A stretch of DNA of 63,885 nt, counting the filler, from Bipalium vagum (Eukaryota), in the NCBI GenBank assembly GCA_037834085.1. It is 3 parts of 3 records of this genome, joined end to end, with 100 filler letters (N's around TTAATTAATTAA, not from the genome) between each part and the next. Parts side by side here need not be neighbours in the genome. Positions count along the whole stretch, not along the records: positions 47,912 to 63,885 come from JBBMKC010135330.1; 2 more parts are not named here. One strand, 5' to 3'. Of this stretch, positions 49,975 through 63,859 are shown piece after piece. Positions within the stretch are counted from its first letter, which is position 1; the number at the start of each line of letters is the position of its first letter. The notes under the pieces were generated by a model that was not told the origin of the DNA, searched no databases, and worked only from the letters and a program-made list of their open reading frames with translations. The position numbers were made by a program, and so were the translations under genes.

Positions 49975-52900
49975 ATATTTTGAGTTTAGAAGCTTAAATA
50001 CAAACAAAATATTAAATATTTATAATATTTCAATAATCATAAAATTCATGAACAAATATATATTATTATTGCACAAATGAATCAATACTAAGTTGCTTGT
50101 CAAATCCATTGTTATTATTATTGTTATTATTATTATTATATTAATAATAATAATATATTAGTTTTGGAAAATAATGGTAATAAATTAAAAAGACCTTATG
50201 ATTTTCTCACTAAATTCATTTGAAACAAAATCAATGAACATGGTCAGTTAAAATAAAAAATGTTTAGTCCACGAATATAATGGATAACTGAGTATTATTA
50301 GAAAGTTTCTTATAATAATAATAATAATAAAAACCCAAGTAATTTCTAGACTTTATATTCTTCTCAACATGTATTTTTAAAAAATATGCCATAAATATTA
50401 AAAGTAGTTTTATTTATTTCTCAATGGTGATACAAAAGGGTTTAATAACCCTAGGATGGATAATTGTCAGTTGAAATGTCTAACTATTCATAATAATTTT
50501 CGGTTCAAGTCTCATTTTTGACGATTAATTACATCAAGTATATTTTTTGGCCGATTTTATATAAATACTCAAATTTTTCATGTTGATAATAAAAAGTGAA
50601 TATTAAATTATTAAACAGCATTGTGATGGATGTTCCATCCGATGCAATTATGTTTTTAAGAGAAAACAGTCTGTTATTACTATCAGGTCATTTATAATAT
50701 TTATGTTACCTTCTTAATGTTTTTAAATAAATGCGATGGTTGCGATTTTCAAAGAATTCACATCAAAAAGAAACACTGATTTGTTTCATGGTGCGAAAAG
50801 GAGAGTTTATTTCGAACTGTCTAAAGATCTTCACACCCAAAGAATTGAATCAATTTGTGTGAAGCTGATGACTAAGATCTTGTCAATGAAGGGCGTCTTA
50901 GGAATCACATCTATATGAATGGGTGAGGCGACAAAATATTCAATCTATGAATTGCCAATCAATTTTTTATTTATTGTATTTTTTTTTCAAGTACTTTTTT
51001 TGACCGATCATGCTTATCAAGTATCTTCTTGACCGGTCGATTACATCAAGTATATTTTTTGAAAAAATCATGATCCTAGTTTTTTTGCTTATAAGTTTTG
51101 TTTAAATTAAATTATTAAATGGTCATTTGCAAATAGAGTAAGACAGCAACTAAATTGCCTCGGAAATGTCATTAGTCTCCTTTAGGTAGCTAATGCTGTC
51201 TATCATTAATAAATTTCTTTTTTAACAAGCATTTTTGACTTCCGATAAGTTAATAAATCGTAGGAACTCTGCGATTCTATATGAGAAATTCACAGATCTG
51301 CCATACGTAGAAGCTTTACAAAAAACAATTAATTTTCCAGAATTTTCGATTATTGAATGATTATTTTGTTGTAAGGTGATTGATAATCTTGTTTTATTAT
51401 AATTTAAGAAGGTACTCGATTGATAAATTGATTTTGGCTATATTGAAAAATAATCGATTTTTGATACAGTAATTTGTCATTTACTCTTGATAAAATAATA
51501 TTAATAAAAAAAATTTTAATTCCAGGTTTTCTTTGAATTTAGGAGTGATTTAATTAGTATGATAGTGAATTGTGGATTTTGAGTGATTGAAAGGTACTAC
51601 CATGAAATTCCGATTTTGTTGAGAAATTTTATCTGAGGGCTATCTAGGACTGTGTTTTCATTGCATTGTTCATTTCAATCATGTGTGTCATATTGAATTA
51701 AATTCGAAGCTTTATTTTCATTTAACCCAATTTTCAGTAATCATTGTGCTTTAATAATTGGAGTCAATAGGTAGACCAAAGTATTAAAGGGACTTTTGTG
51801 TTACTCGGAAATTTAGATCGCGAAATTAGTGTTTGCGTGAATTATGACATTTTGTGTTGATTCCCCTTTATTTTGTTAGTGAAAATATTGCCTTTGGCTT
51901 TGTTTATTAAATGAAACTTTAAGCTTATATGCTTATTATTCCTCTGAGTTTACCATGCCAATATATCCTTTTAGTCAGATTGAACGCATTTTTTAGTTAT
52001 GATTTCACAAATATTAACAAACAGATATTTAATTATATGAAAGAACACTAAAAAGCTTTTCATTCTAAGAAAGAATTTATTAATTAATGAAAGACCATTG
52101 AATGACGAATATTCACTACAAATAATTACCATGTTGCTTGCACATATTTTGTATACCTCCTAAATATGTAACATTCTTGACTTGAAGATTTCAAAAGCAG
52201 AGACAAATTTTTGGTTCCATATGAACTTATTCACCTGTAAGGTTGAAATAAAAAAAATTATGTTGATAATTTTGTTTTTTAGCATTGTTTTTTGTTTCCG
52301 TAGTGTAATATTTTTATTTGTCATGTTTTTTTTAATTTCTGGTAATATTTATGTCATATCAGTCAAAAGAATTTCCATACTAAGTGATTTTTATAAGTTC
52401 CCTTGTATATTTTGAAATTTTGATAACAGAAAACAGAACAGTCTCATGCTTGGAATTTCACATAATCAAATTTGTGACCTTCATTCAGAAAGAAATATCA
52501 AAAAGAAGGAAATAAACAATAACCCCACAAGCACACCAATCACATCTACTTACAAAATATTTCTAAAAATAGAACTGTTGTAGTTGTCCGGGGTTCAAAC
52601 ATCCATCAGTGATCAATTTATGTCTGGTCAATTTAGACGCTTTTTTCCAAAGCTTCAAGTCAACCAGCCAAATACCAAACAATTTAAAACATGGTATTCG
52701 TCTTAATACCATCAAAACTTGATTAAACTCTTTCTATCCAAAAATGTGGATATTTTATAAAAATATTATTTCTTATAATATATAATATAAAATAAATAAA
52801 TTAAGATAATTATTTCTCTTCAAGTATTTGAACATTTTGAAATGGAAATTAATTTTAAGTGTAATTTAGTTTTGATTTTTAACTAAAAATGGAATGCGCC

Positions 52901-54279
52901 TTTGCGCATCGATAAATAATAGGACTTTATATATGAAACAAGCAGATTAAATGAAAAGTATATGATCTTATCGAACTAATATTGTATTCAAGTAGCAAAT
53001 ATCCAGCACTGCCGTCCTGGAAATAAAGTGGAATAAATACAATAACTTTGGCAGGCGGCGAATCAAAATCAATTTCCTTTTGATTGCGTGACCAAATCGT
53101 GGTAATTCTCATTACCCGATGATAATGTATTGAGAATAAATAATAGAGCGCATCTCATCAGGTTTGTCTGGTAGAGTGGCTATATTTTGTTTGGGATATT
53201 ATATCCTATTTGTTGGTGTTAGTGGTCATCAATAGCTTTGGAGGATCAATATATGGTTTGATGAATGATTCTCAATCTGACCGTTGCTAATTTGTACATT
53301 GCATTTTTATTTATCTTTTATTAATGAATTCGTTGGAATTCGTTAATGTTTCATTTCATTTTTCTGTGTGGCTTTATTTATTGATTAAAATTCGTCTAAG
53401 AAATAATTAATAATAATTACTATTGATCAACTATTATTAAATTATTTTTTTAAAAATTATTACATTTGATTATTATAATAATAATAATTTTTAATTATAA
53501 ATTGAGAAAATTAAGTTTAATTATATATTATTATAAATTCCTGATAATTTTAAATTATGATTGATTATTATTTTTCATTAAGAAATTTTCAGTTATGAAA
53601 TCATTTTCATTATTCGAAAATCAATTGGCTTTTTTATACATTGCATTTATTGAAATATTAATATTATAATAATATTATTTAAACAAATTTAACTTTGGAA
53701 AAATAATTAAAATAATAATAGCATCATTTTCTTATAAAGAGTTCCTAACAGATTTTCTGACATCTTATGTCGTGTCAGATAATAATCTTTAAGACAAATA
53801 TTTCTGCATGAAAGAATTACGCATTTTCATGTCCTTGGACAATTGAATACATTTTCACTATTTTTTGATGTTGACCTTAATTTGGAAGACTATCCTTGCA
53901 CTCAGAGATCTTCCGTATCGATACTCAGGTGGCTTGTGCTTTGTTAGAAAATGATTTCACCAGACAATATTACAGAAAATCTGATTATAGATATTTTGTG
54001 ATTTTAACAAAATAAATTGATACAAACTCAAACTGGATGTAGGGATTCCACATAAATTAACTGAAAGAAACAAATTGAACGTTATTGATATTTTAATTTA
54101 TATCATTGGATAATTTTAAAAAAACTTGTAGAAAAGTTGATTAATTTACCAATGTAAAGTGGAAAATGAATTGGAAAATAGTAAAGGATAGCAATGAACC
54201 ATTTCTAAAGCCTGATTTACACCTCAATGAGTGCTGTTGTGAATTAAGTTTATGCATTAAAAGTAAACCTTTTTTACAA

Positions 54280-54690
54280 TATTGGTTCTTTATTTAATAA
54301 GTATTATAAATATAAAATAAACATAAAACAAAAAAGATAATTTATTCAAAATATTTTCCATCGTTGATAATAACTTTCTCTCACTTTTCAGGAAGCTGAT
54401 GAATTCCTCGATAAAAGAAGTCGGCATCTTTGGTACCTGTCCAATCAGTGATCTAGTTTTCAGCTTCCTCGATGGATTGGAAGCGCTTCTCGGAAAGTGA
54501 GTGTACCATCGAACGAAAGAATTGATAGTCAGAAGGGGCATAGTCTGGTAAATAAGCCGCATGATATAACACTTCTTATCGAAGCAGCTCTAACTTTTCC
54601 TGGACTCGATTGTTGATGTGTGTCATGCAGAAAAATTATTTTATGCTGCCTTTTCTCATTTTCTGGTCTTAATGCGCACAATGCCTGGCG
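54280..54690 (-). mobile_element. mariner 3' half
   Basis: Minus strand: QALCALRPENEKRQHKIIFLHD...HAAYLPDYAPSDYQFFRSMVHSLSEKRF...FFYRGIHQLPEK*EK...DGKYFE*. Ends in ...CCAATA. Confidence 0.85.
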
Positions 54691-56050
54691 GAGAATCACC
54701 AATCAAAAAATGTGGAACCGAAACAGAACTTACAGCTTCAAGAACCGGATTAATAGCAATTCCGAAAAGTAACATAGAAAGTGGACAACCTTGTCTCACA
54801 CCTCTCCGAATAGGGAGACTCGATGTTGTCAAAGGCCCACAGCTGTAAAACGTACTGATATTATTGTAAAACAATTCCAATACTTTCACAAAGCTGTTTC
54901 CAACTCATATATACCGAAGGAGCGACCACAGATATTGGTGTGGAACACTCGGAAAAGTGTCTTGGATATCGAGCCAAGCGATGGAAATTGGACAATCTTC
55001 TGAATATTTAGAGTGTTCCAAAGCAGCACTTAAAACTGCATTATGCTCCACACACCCTTCATATTCACTGTCGCCTTTCTGACAAGAGTGTAAAAGATTA
55101 TTATCTTTAACCTAATTGCTCAGTCTGCTATACAAAATCTCAGCAAATATTTTATACGAAGTACAAAGGTGAGCAATTGGCCTCCAACTCGATATTAAAT
55201 GATAATTATCACCTTTCCCAGGTTTCGGAATCAAAAAAGTTTTAAACGAAGACCATGAGGAAGGGATTTTACCACTTTCGATAATTTTATTGAACAAATA
55301 ACTCAAGATATCCCCATCCGGGTCCAGATATTTCAAGTTATTGTATGTGATGCCATCACATCCAGGCGTTGTGTTATCAACGTCTTTCAGTTCCGCACAC
55401 ACTTCAGCAGTCGAAATCAATTCCAAATTCAACTGAGTTGAAGAAGACTTACAAAACTCGTTGAACAGCCAGATCTTGTTCTCAGGTAAAGAATGGGTAA
55501 AATGCTTAATAATGTGTTTCATTGTTGGTCGACAATCAATAGTATCATCATTGAGAATTTTATTCACTGTGTCCTTCATATTTTTATTTAAGTTTGAACG
55601 AACAGTAAATTTACTCATCTTTTTCTTAAACAAGTTTGTACCAAGGTACAGTTTATTACATGGAACAGATGATTGAGATGGTGAAAAGCTGACAATTGTA
55701 TCCATTATCTGATCAACGTCATATTCATTTTCAACCATTTCTCTCAAAAGCGTTTCCGCTGTGTCCTGTCTCTCTTTCAAACTCAATTGCTAACAGGTAC
55801 ATCTGGAGATTCAGAGGGGGAAGATTTGTCAATCACCGGAGAAGCAAAATCTGGAGAACAAAAAAGAACTTTGTCCCGAATCGACTGAAAGTTAAGACCT
55901 ACAAGATCTTCACCTCTTGAATAATTTTCAATCACTCCGAAAAAGATCAAATTTGAGTACAGGCCAGAACCATGTGGTTCATGTGGAGGACTCTCGCTCA
56001 ACGGAAAACAATCAATAATACCTCGAATTCCGAGAAAAAGTCTTAACGAA
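54691..56050 (-). mobile_element. Truncated non-LTR retrotransposon (RLE-type, NeSL/Utopia/R2-like) reverse transcriptase pseudogene
   Basis: One frame from 55786 to about 54690 with two in-frame stops: PGCDGITY..LDPDG, LIPKPGK, WRPIA, QKG..EGCVEHN, WLDIQDTFPSVPH, GVRQGCPLSMLLF. It breaks off just before YADD. The 5' limit is approximate. Confidence 0.88.
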
Positions 56051-56320
56051 TCAGCTATTGAAAAAGCAATTTTGAGTTGTAAAAAAAAGTCGGATTAATT
56101 ACGAAAGACGATCTCTTCTCAAAGTCTATGATTAAAAGTAACTGTTGAGAATTTGGTGGAGAAAAAAGGATAAGGATTACAAATACGTCTCTTATCCGAT
56201 TCAGATAAATAAAGTTAAAAAGAAAATAAATATATACATATATATATATATATATAGAGAGAGAGAAACAATTTGACATTCCAGACTGCCATCCAAAGAA
56301 AACCCCCAGGGTTAACATCC

Positions 56321-57588
56321 ATTGGGTAGTCTAAAAAGTTTCCGCCAATTTTGTTAATAGATGGTGAAAATGTTCTTTATGTAGTTTGATTAAAATTTAT
56401 TTTGTTTTAATATATCATTTTATAATTTATTATAATGCTAGCATTCAAATCACTTTAAAAAGTAGGCATTTTGATTAATTAATAAAATTTAATTCATCTT
56501 TATAAATGGATATAAATAAAGAAGAAATGCGATATATAATGAAATTTTATTTCTTGAAAGGTAAAAATGCTATGCAGGTAACTAAAAAGATTAATGCTAT
56601 TTATGGAGCGGATACTGTTTTGGATAGAACAGTCCGTGAATGGTTCGCTAAATTTCGTTCCGGAAAATTTGATGTCAAAGACGCACCTCGTTCTGGCCGA
56701 CCAATCTGTGAAAAACTCGATAAAATAGTTAGGAAAATTGAAGAAGATAGGAATATAAGCAGCCACGAAATAACTCAGGAATTGGGGATTCATCATCAAA
56801 TAGAGTTAAATCGTTTGGAGAAATGTGGATATAAAAAGAAACTGGATGTATGGATACCGCATAATTTGATTGAAAAGAATTTGAAAGACCGAATTTCAAT
56901 ATGCCAAACATTGTTGAATAAAACATGATCGATCCATTTTTGAAATGTCTTATTACATGTGACGAAAATGGATCAAGTACGATAGTAACATACGAAAAGG
57001 GTCTTGAACAAAATTGGTATGACTAACTGTGGCGAAACCAAAAATGACTTCAAGGAAGTTAATCCTCTATGTCTGGTGAGATTAAAAGGAATATTCCATT
57101 ATGAATTACTCTAACCAGGACAAAAAAAAACTCAGTTATCTACTGTCAACAGTTGACCAGAGTACATCAGGAAATTGCAAGAAAGCGTCCCGAATTAATC
57201 AATAGGAAAGGCATTGTGTTTCACTATAATAACGCCAAACCACATCTATCTTTCACGACTCAGCAAAAATTGAGGGATCTTGATTGAGAAATTTTGTTGC
57301 ATCCTCCATATAGTCCTGATATAACACCGTCAGACTATTATCTTTTTCGCTCATTGCAGAACTCCCTTAATGGTGTAAAATTAAATTTAAAAGAGAATTA
57401 CGAAAAAACACTTATCTTACTTTTTTGCCAATAAATCAAAAAAGTTTTACAGTGACGGAATTTTGGTTTTACCAAAAAAATGGCAAGACATTGTCGATCA
57501 AAATGGTAATTATTTATTATTAATTTATTTAATTCAATAAAATTTTCAATTCGACTTTATTTTTCAAACTTTTTCATTTTACCAAAAT
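56321..57588 (+). mobile_element. Near full-length degenerate mariner (DD34D; cecropia/mellifera-like)
   Basis: Left TIR ATTGGGTAGTCTAAAAAGTTTC. ORF 56506-56928 (WFAKFRSGKFDVKDAPRSGRP, WIPHNL) is followed by decayed TCDE, HYNNAKPH and HPPYSPDITPSDYYLFRSLQN. A degenerate right TIR lies near 57566-57588. Confidence 0.92.
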
Positions 57589-58565
57589 ATATAGGATTGC
57601 ATAAATGTTAAATAACAGTGTTATGAAAAATGAAAAATAAAAACTTTTGTTTATTTTATTTTTCTAGACTTTTTTTCTGATCTGTGCGATCTTCCCACAA
57701 ATTATTCACTTGATGACCATGATAATACTTCCTTTTAACCAATCACCGTAAGACAAAATGTAGATAATAGAAAATAATTTTAAAAATAAGGAAAAAAATT
57801 ATCAAATTATATGAAAAAGGACTTATAATAATTGATTATAATTAATAAATAATTTTAAATATTAAAATATATTTATATATAAAATTGAATTATAAATTAT
57901 AATTATTATTTTAGTAAAAACTAATTTCTAACTATAAAATCACAGAAATAAATAGGGTGGTTTTATTCTCACCTAATATCTAAAAAAAGTTAAATTCTCT
58001 AAATAAAAAAAATTATTGAATAAAAAATAACTATAATTTCCTTGAAAATTAAAACAAAAATTATAAGTTTTTTATATCAAAAGCTAAAAAACTGATTCAT
58101 AAGAACAGTAAGTAGTTTATATACTTTTGGGGAAAAGCAAAGTATTTCTCCGTCAAAGAAAGCTTTTAATTTTTAAAAAATAGAAAAAAGAGAAAATAAT
58201 AAAACTAATCAAGTTTAGTTAAGAAAAAACAATAATATAAAATATTTTTGAAAAAAACAAACCTTTTTAAGACACTTAATAATAAATTAAAACCTTGATG
58301 TTAAATTATACTAAACTTAGTTTCATTACATTTAACAAAAAAATAATTACAATAATTTGTTATAAAAGCTTTAATAACCAACCTTTCTAAACATATGTTG
58401 TCCATCTATTGTAACATCATAATTCCAAGACCTTAAGTCAACAAATTCATTGATAAAATATATAACTTTTGAAGTAAAAAAATATGTTTAAAAAATAAAG
58501 AATAAATTATATTTAAGTAGTAAGATAAATAATCAAAATATAATATTTAATAATTATAAAAACTG

Positions 58566-58648
58566 TAATAATAATAAATAATAATAATAAATAATAAATA
58601 ATAAATAATAAATAATAAATAATAAATAATCATAATAATAATAATAAA
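58566..58648. repeat. (AATAATA)n heptanucleotide/AT-rich tandem repeat
   Basis: Repeated aataata/aataaat units. Confidence 0.8.
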
Positions 58649-61579
58649 TTGATTAAGATATTAACTTGTGAAATGCACAGAATTAGTTTTTTCGTGAAAA
58701 AGAGTAAAAATTTACATTTTCCTTTCTTTCGATAAAAAACAAATTCTAATCAATAAAATGTGTAATACTCTTACATTATTATTCTTGGTTTGTTTGAGTT
58801 TTTGTAATAACCTTTTCAAATGATCTACATAAGCGTTTGTCGATGAATCTTAAAATTCATTATCTTGAGTTTCAAAATATATTGACAAACAGAAATCAAA
58901 CAGAAAATATAAAGTGTATTTTGTATATATTAATTAAATGAATGAATTTTAAACATATATCCATATCTTAAAATAGGTTAAAATTGAACTAGCCTCAATT
59001 ATGCTTTCTTTGTAGAAACTAATAGAAAGTAAATTGTTATTTTTCAACAAAGAGCTTAAGAGAGTTAGCATTGCTACTAGCGTGTGAGAAATATATCAAA
59101 AAGTAAAATGGAGAAGAGTCAGTGGATTTGGTATTCTTTGAAGCGTGACACAATATCCTGTTTCTAGCAATCATAAGGCTTGCTGGCTTCCTCTGTGTCA
59201 GATCAAAGATTCTGAAAATATTCGTGTCGCTAACTGCACTCCATGTTGATGCTAATAGTGTATTGCATAAACTCTAATGTGGGAGACTGTTTTCATGGGT
59301 TAGATTTAACTTTTGTATTCTGACAGAGTGACGGATACGATTCAAGAACTGAAACGCTTGACTATGAAATATAGAAATCGATTTTTTGTTTTCTGTTTTA
59401 ATCGATTATTGTTATTTAATAGCTTGTGTGTTTTAATTATTCAATTATTCGCAATTAGCAAATTCACAACTAATTAAATTATCAATTAAAAATTTTAATT
59501 AATATGTTTATTTAATTATATTTCATTGTGGATTTGACATTTCCCATTTCTCTCTGCAAGACTTTGGTTCCAGTCTTCGTTATGAAAGTTTTACATTTCT
59601 ATTTCACTTTTTCTATGATATTAATTTCAGGATATTTTTAACATATTTTTATTATTAGTTTAATAAATTAATTTATTTTTATTTTAATTTTAAATTATTT
59701 TCAGTTTTATGTTAACATAAACAGGTGGATGATAATTTTGCGTTATGTTTATCTTATCAATAATATTTTACAAATAAGATGTTAATAAAAATTTTAATGA
59801 CCAATGATAAATTTTAATTATCGTGGTTTTATAATAAAATATATAATATACAGGGTGTTAAATAAGCCCTTTCGGATTTTATATAATATGTAATATCAAC
59901 AGAAATTTATTTCATTAAGTTTATTTTGTTATTGGATTTTTATAGATTAATTCAACAGTTCAACAATAATTTAATTGAATATTCTATCGAGAAAAAAGTT
60001 TATATGACATCATGGACTATTACGTTCAATTGTGATGAGTTGTGTAATGTAGTTACATTAAAAATCAAAAGTTATTTAATGTTAATTTATTTTATAATAT
60101 TTAACATTATTAAATATTTTTTATTAAACTACTTTTAATAAAAGTATGAAATTGTTTTTACAGAAATAACAGATAACAAACAATTCTTTATCGCAGTCTG
60201 ATATAATCATGTGTCTGGTTTTTACTAAAAAATTTTTAAAAATATATATACTTTCTTATTTTTATTTTATAATGTGAAAACATTTTATATATGAATATTA
60301 TAAACTCAATGTCTGTCAGTATTGAGAATCTATGGGAAAAAATTCACCAAGTCTGATTTATTTCGAAGCAAAAAATGATTAAATGAATATTATTAAAAAA
60401 TAATATTTATTTGGAAAAAATACATATTTAAAAAAAAACTCATTTTGCAATTTAAAGAAAAATAAATAAGGCAAATGCTTAAGACTTAACTAACCTCAGG
60501 CTAATTAGAGTCCACAAATTTCGGTTTGGTTTGATAAAACTTTATCTAAATAATACACCCGTCAAAGCAATGAGTTTTACTTCTCTTTAACACAAAATTT
60601 TTGTGTAATGGGATTGATTAGTAGTAGTTCGAACTGATATATCACTATGCAATAGGACTATATTTATAAATCAAAAGAAACATTTATTGTTTAACACAAT
60701 TGCAATAAAGTGATTGGTTTCAAGCACAATACATTAAAATCAAATTTTACTAATATATAAAGGACGAAATGACTGATGGTATGAATAATAATGGTATAAT
60801 TATTGGATTCTTGAATGTTTGAAGGAAGAGATCTCTCAAGTATTAAAGTAATATAATTTTTAATAATCTCAGAATATAAGCAATTTATGTTAAATAAGTA
60901 AAGAACTACTGATAGATATCATTAAATTATTTATGGTAGGTAACTTATAGATATTTAACTATTAATGGCTATTTTATAAAAATAAGATCAAAGAAAAATT
61001 TTATTTCAGTCTAGGACGTAATGACAGTTACTATTTTTGATTATTTTTATTAAAGAAATTTTAACTGAATAAATTTGTAAAGTTAATATTTTTTTTAATT
61101 ATTCGAACTATTTTTTAAGTTTTAATTATCTCACTTAATTAAATATGATATTATTTTTTAATATTATTATTTCTAAAATAGAGATGATATGTTTATTATT
61201 AAGACTTCTACTCTTATACTCTGAACTTTGCAAGTCTTTTTACAAAAAAGTAATTAAAAAAAGTAAAATTAATGGCTTCATATATTTTGAGATACTACTA
61301 CATTCTTAAAATAATTTGTTTTCATATAAGAAGAAGATCACATTTTAAAAATCAGATTCACTAAAAAACTTATTAACAGAAAATTAATCTTTTAACAAGT
61401 ATCATATTATAAATGATATAAATAAATAATGCGGATTTATTTAAAATAGATTTAGTGAGATGTCGAAATATAATTTTGAATTGAAATAAAAATCAATTTT
61501 TTTGAATAATATCTAATTAATATGGAAACCATTTAAAATTTCATAATATGTTAATAATTTAAAAATTTTAAATCTAAAT

Positions 61580-62440
61580 ATGTCAACATTTACTTCAAAC
61601 AAAGAACACTTTCGGGGAGTTCTCATTCATTACTTCATGATGACCAAAACTACCGTAGAAAGCTGCAGGATAATATGCGATGTTGAATGAAGACAGCTGT
61701 CAATTGCAAAATCAAATAAGATTATGTGTTACCCAACAAGATTTTAAAGAAAGAAAATTGGGTGCCTCATAAACTGAATAAAAGACAACTAGAAAACCAA
61801 AAATTTGTCAGTTTTATGCTCTTACAACGGCACGAAAGAAATTCTTTCTTCCATTGACTATTGACAGGAGATGAAAAGTTGATCTATTTTGAAAATTCTA
61901 AACGTACGAAAGCATGGGTTAACCCAGGTCAACCATCAAAACAAACTGCAAGACCAGACCACTTCGAAAAGAAAACAATGTTTTGTGTCTGGTGGGATCA
62001 GCAAGGCGTGGTGTACCATTAGCTTCTCAAATCAGATGATAGCGTTAATTCGGAGAGTTGCAAGGCCAAATAGCCCAGCTGAATCAGTCTTTAATAGTAA
62101 ACATTCAACATGGGTCAATAAACAGGGCAAAGTAATTCTTCTACATGACAACGCAACGCCGCACACATCAAAAGCAGTTAAAAACATGTTAAAAGATATG
62201 AAATGGGAAAAACTTACCAACCCGCCGTATTTACCAGATTTTACTGCTTCCGATTTTCACCTGTTCCGTTCAATGGCACATGGACTTGATGAGCAGCACT
62301 TCAAATCGTACTAAGATGGCCAAGATTGGGTCTCTGAATTGTTTTCCTGGAAACCGGAAAAGTTCTTTTGGGATGGCATCCATTAATTGATTGAAAGATG
62401 AAAGAAACGTGTGGATAACAATGGCCAATATTTTGAATAA
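61580..62440 (+). mobile_element. mariner (mauritiana/Mos1-like) with an internal deletion
   Basis: MSTFTSNKEHFRGVLIHYF.., WVPHKLN, LTGDEKLIYFEN, KTMFCVWWDQQGVVY, LLHDNATPH, PPYLPDFTASDFHLFRSMAHGL, NNGQYFE*. Much of the HTH region is missing. Confidence 0.92.
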
Positions 62441-63747
62441 ATTATCTTGCTTCCAATACCGTCATAAAATTGGTCGGATTTCCAATTTTATCTCAATTTT
62501 TCTAAAGTACGCGAAAAACATTTTTTTAATTAATCAAATTAAATGATTATTGTATCTACAGACAGAAAAATTGATTGGGCTTTATTATATATTTTATTAG
62601 AATTTATTAATTGATTAATTTACGTCAAAATCTTGATCTAAAAAGTTATACAATCATATTAAAACTAATATTAACAAGTCAGCACACTGAATTCATAATC
62701 TATCTCACTTTTGATTAGGTCATTACGCAACAAAACAGAAAGCATGTTTTAGTTGTTTTTTAAATCTTCAGTTTTAATCCTTCTTTTTTTAAATATTATT
62801 GTTCATCAAAAATTTTTTTCTAAAAGTGACGCTGGTGTAGTATAGCCTTGTATAAATATTAAAACTATTTCTATTTGTGTAAATTTAGATATACAAAATC
62901 TTTTACACTTAAAGATTTTTTTCTCTACTTAGATAATTTTTAAACGAAAGTTGTGAAGTTTCAAAATAAATAATTCTTTTCATTTTAACGTAAAAAAATG
63001 AAGGAAAATGTTCTTAAAAAATCTTCTGAAATGTAAATTTTGAAAAAATGAAATATTTTCCAGTCATCGCGAAACTGTCAGTTTAGAAAAATAATTTATG
63101 GGAAAATCAAAAATTATGGGAGAAATATTTTTTCAAAATAATGAACTTTAGAAATCAGAATTAATGTAATACGTAGTTATATAAAAAAAATAAATAAATA
63201 CAACCATTTCTTTTAAGTGACGTTAAGTCTAAAATTTAATTAGTTAAAAATGCAAAGAATGCTGATAAATTTTTAAAAATTTGAAATCTTTTTGTTATTT
63301 TTATACTTACTTAAATTTCCGGAAATAATTACTGCTCTGCTTTCTCCTTCAGTATATTGTTAAGAAATTAATAAACAAGTGTTTAATAAAAGTATCTCAA
63401 AATCCAAGACTAAAATCCATACTCACCATATATAATCAGGTTTTTATATGATTAATAAAAAATAAAATCAGAGAAAATAATTTACAAACTTATAGTATTA
63501 AATGTTAGTAAAATATATATTTAGTTAACAAATAAGTCCGTTCGGTTTTTAAGAATGAAATTATTGTTGTTTAAAAAAATAGCTAGAATGAAATTTTAAA
63601 AATCTTTATTTTTTGAGTCAGATTTGTTTTGTTTAAATAATCTTTTTTATCAAATATTTAAATAAATCAAAATTGAAGATATTTATATTCATTTCTTGCA
63701 TATCAGTATTATTTTTTATTTCTTTTTGTATTATACCATTTCTACCT

Positions 63748-63859
63748 CAATTTTAGAATTTTACATCTCAATTTTAGATTTTTGCAATTCAATTTTAGAT
63801 TTTTGCAATTCAATTTTAGAATTTTACATTTCAATTTTAGAATTTTGCATTTCAATTTT
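63748..63859. repeat. 21-bp minisatellite, ~5.3 copies
   Basis: Unit CAATTTTAGA(A/T)TTTT(A/G)CA(T/A)(T/C)T repeated in tandem. Confidence 0.9.

Noticed and set aside
56940-62410. TGA/TAG at conserved Trp/Gln positions of transposases, suggesting an alternative genetic code
   Set aside because: Host genes use TGG for Trp and have no in-frame stops. The TE copies also carry frameshifts, so this is G>A/C>T decay.
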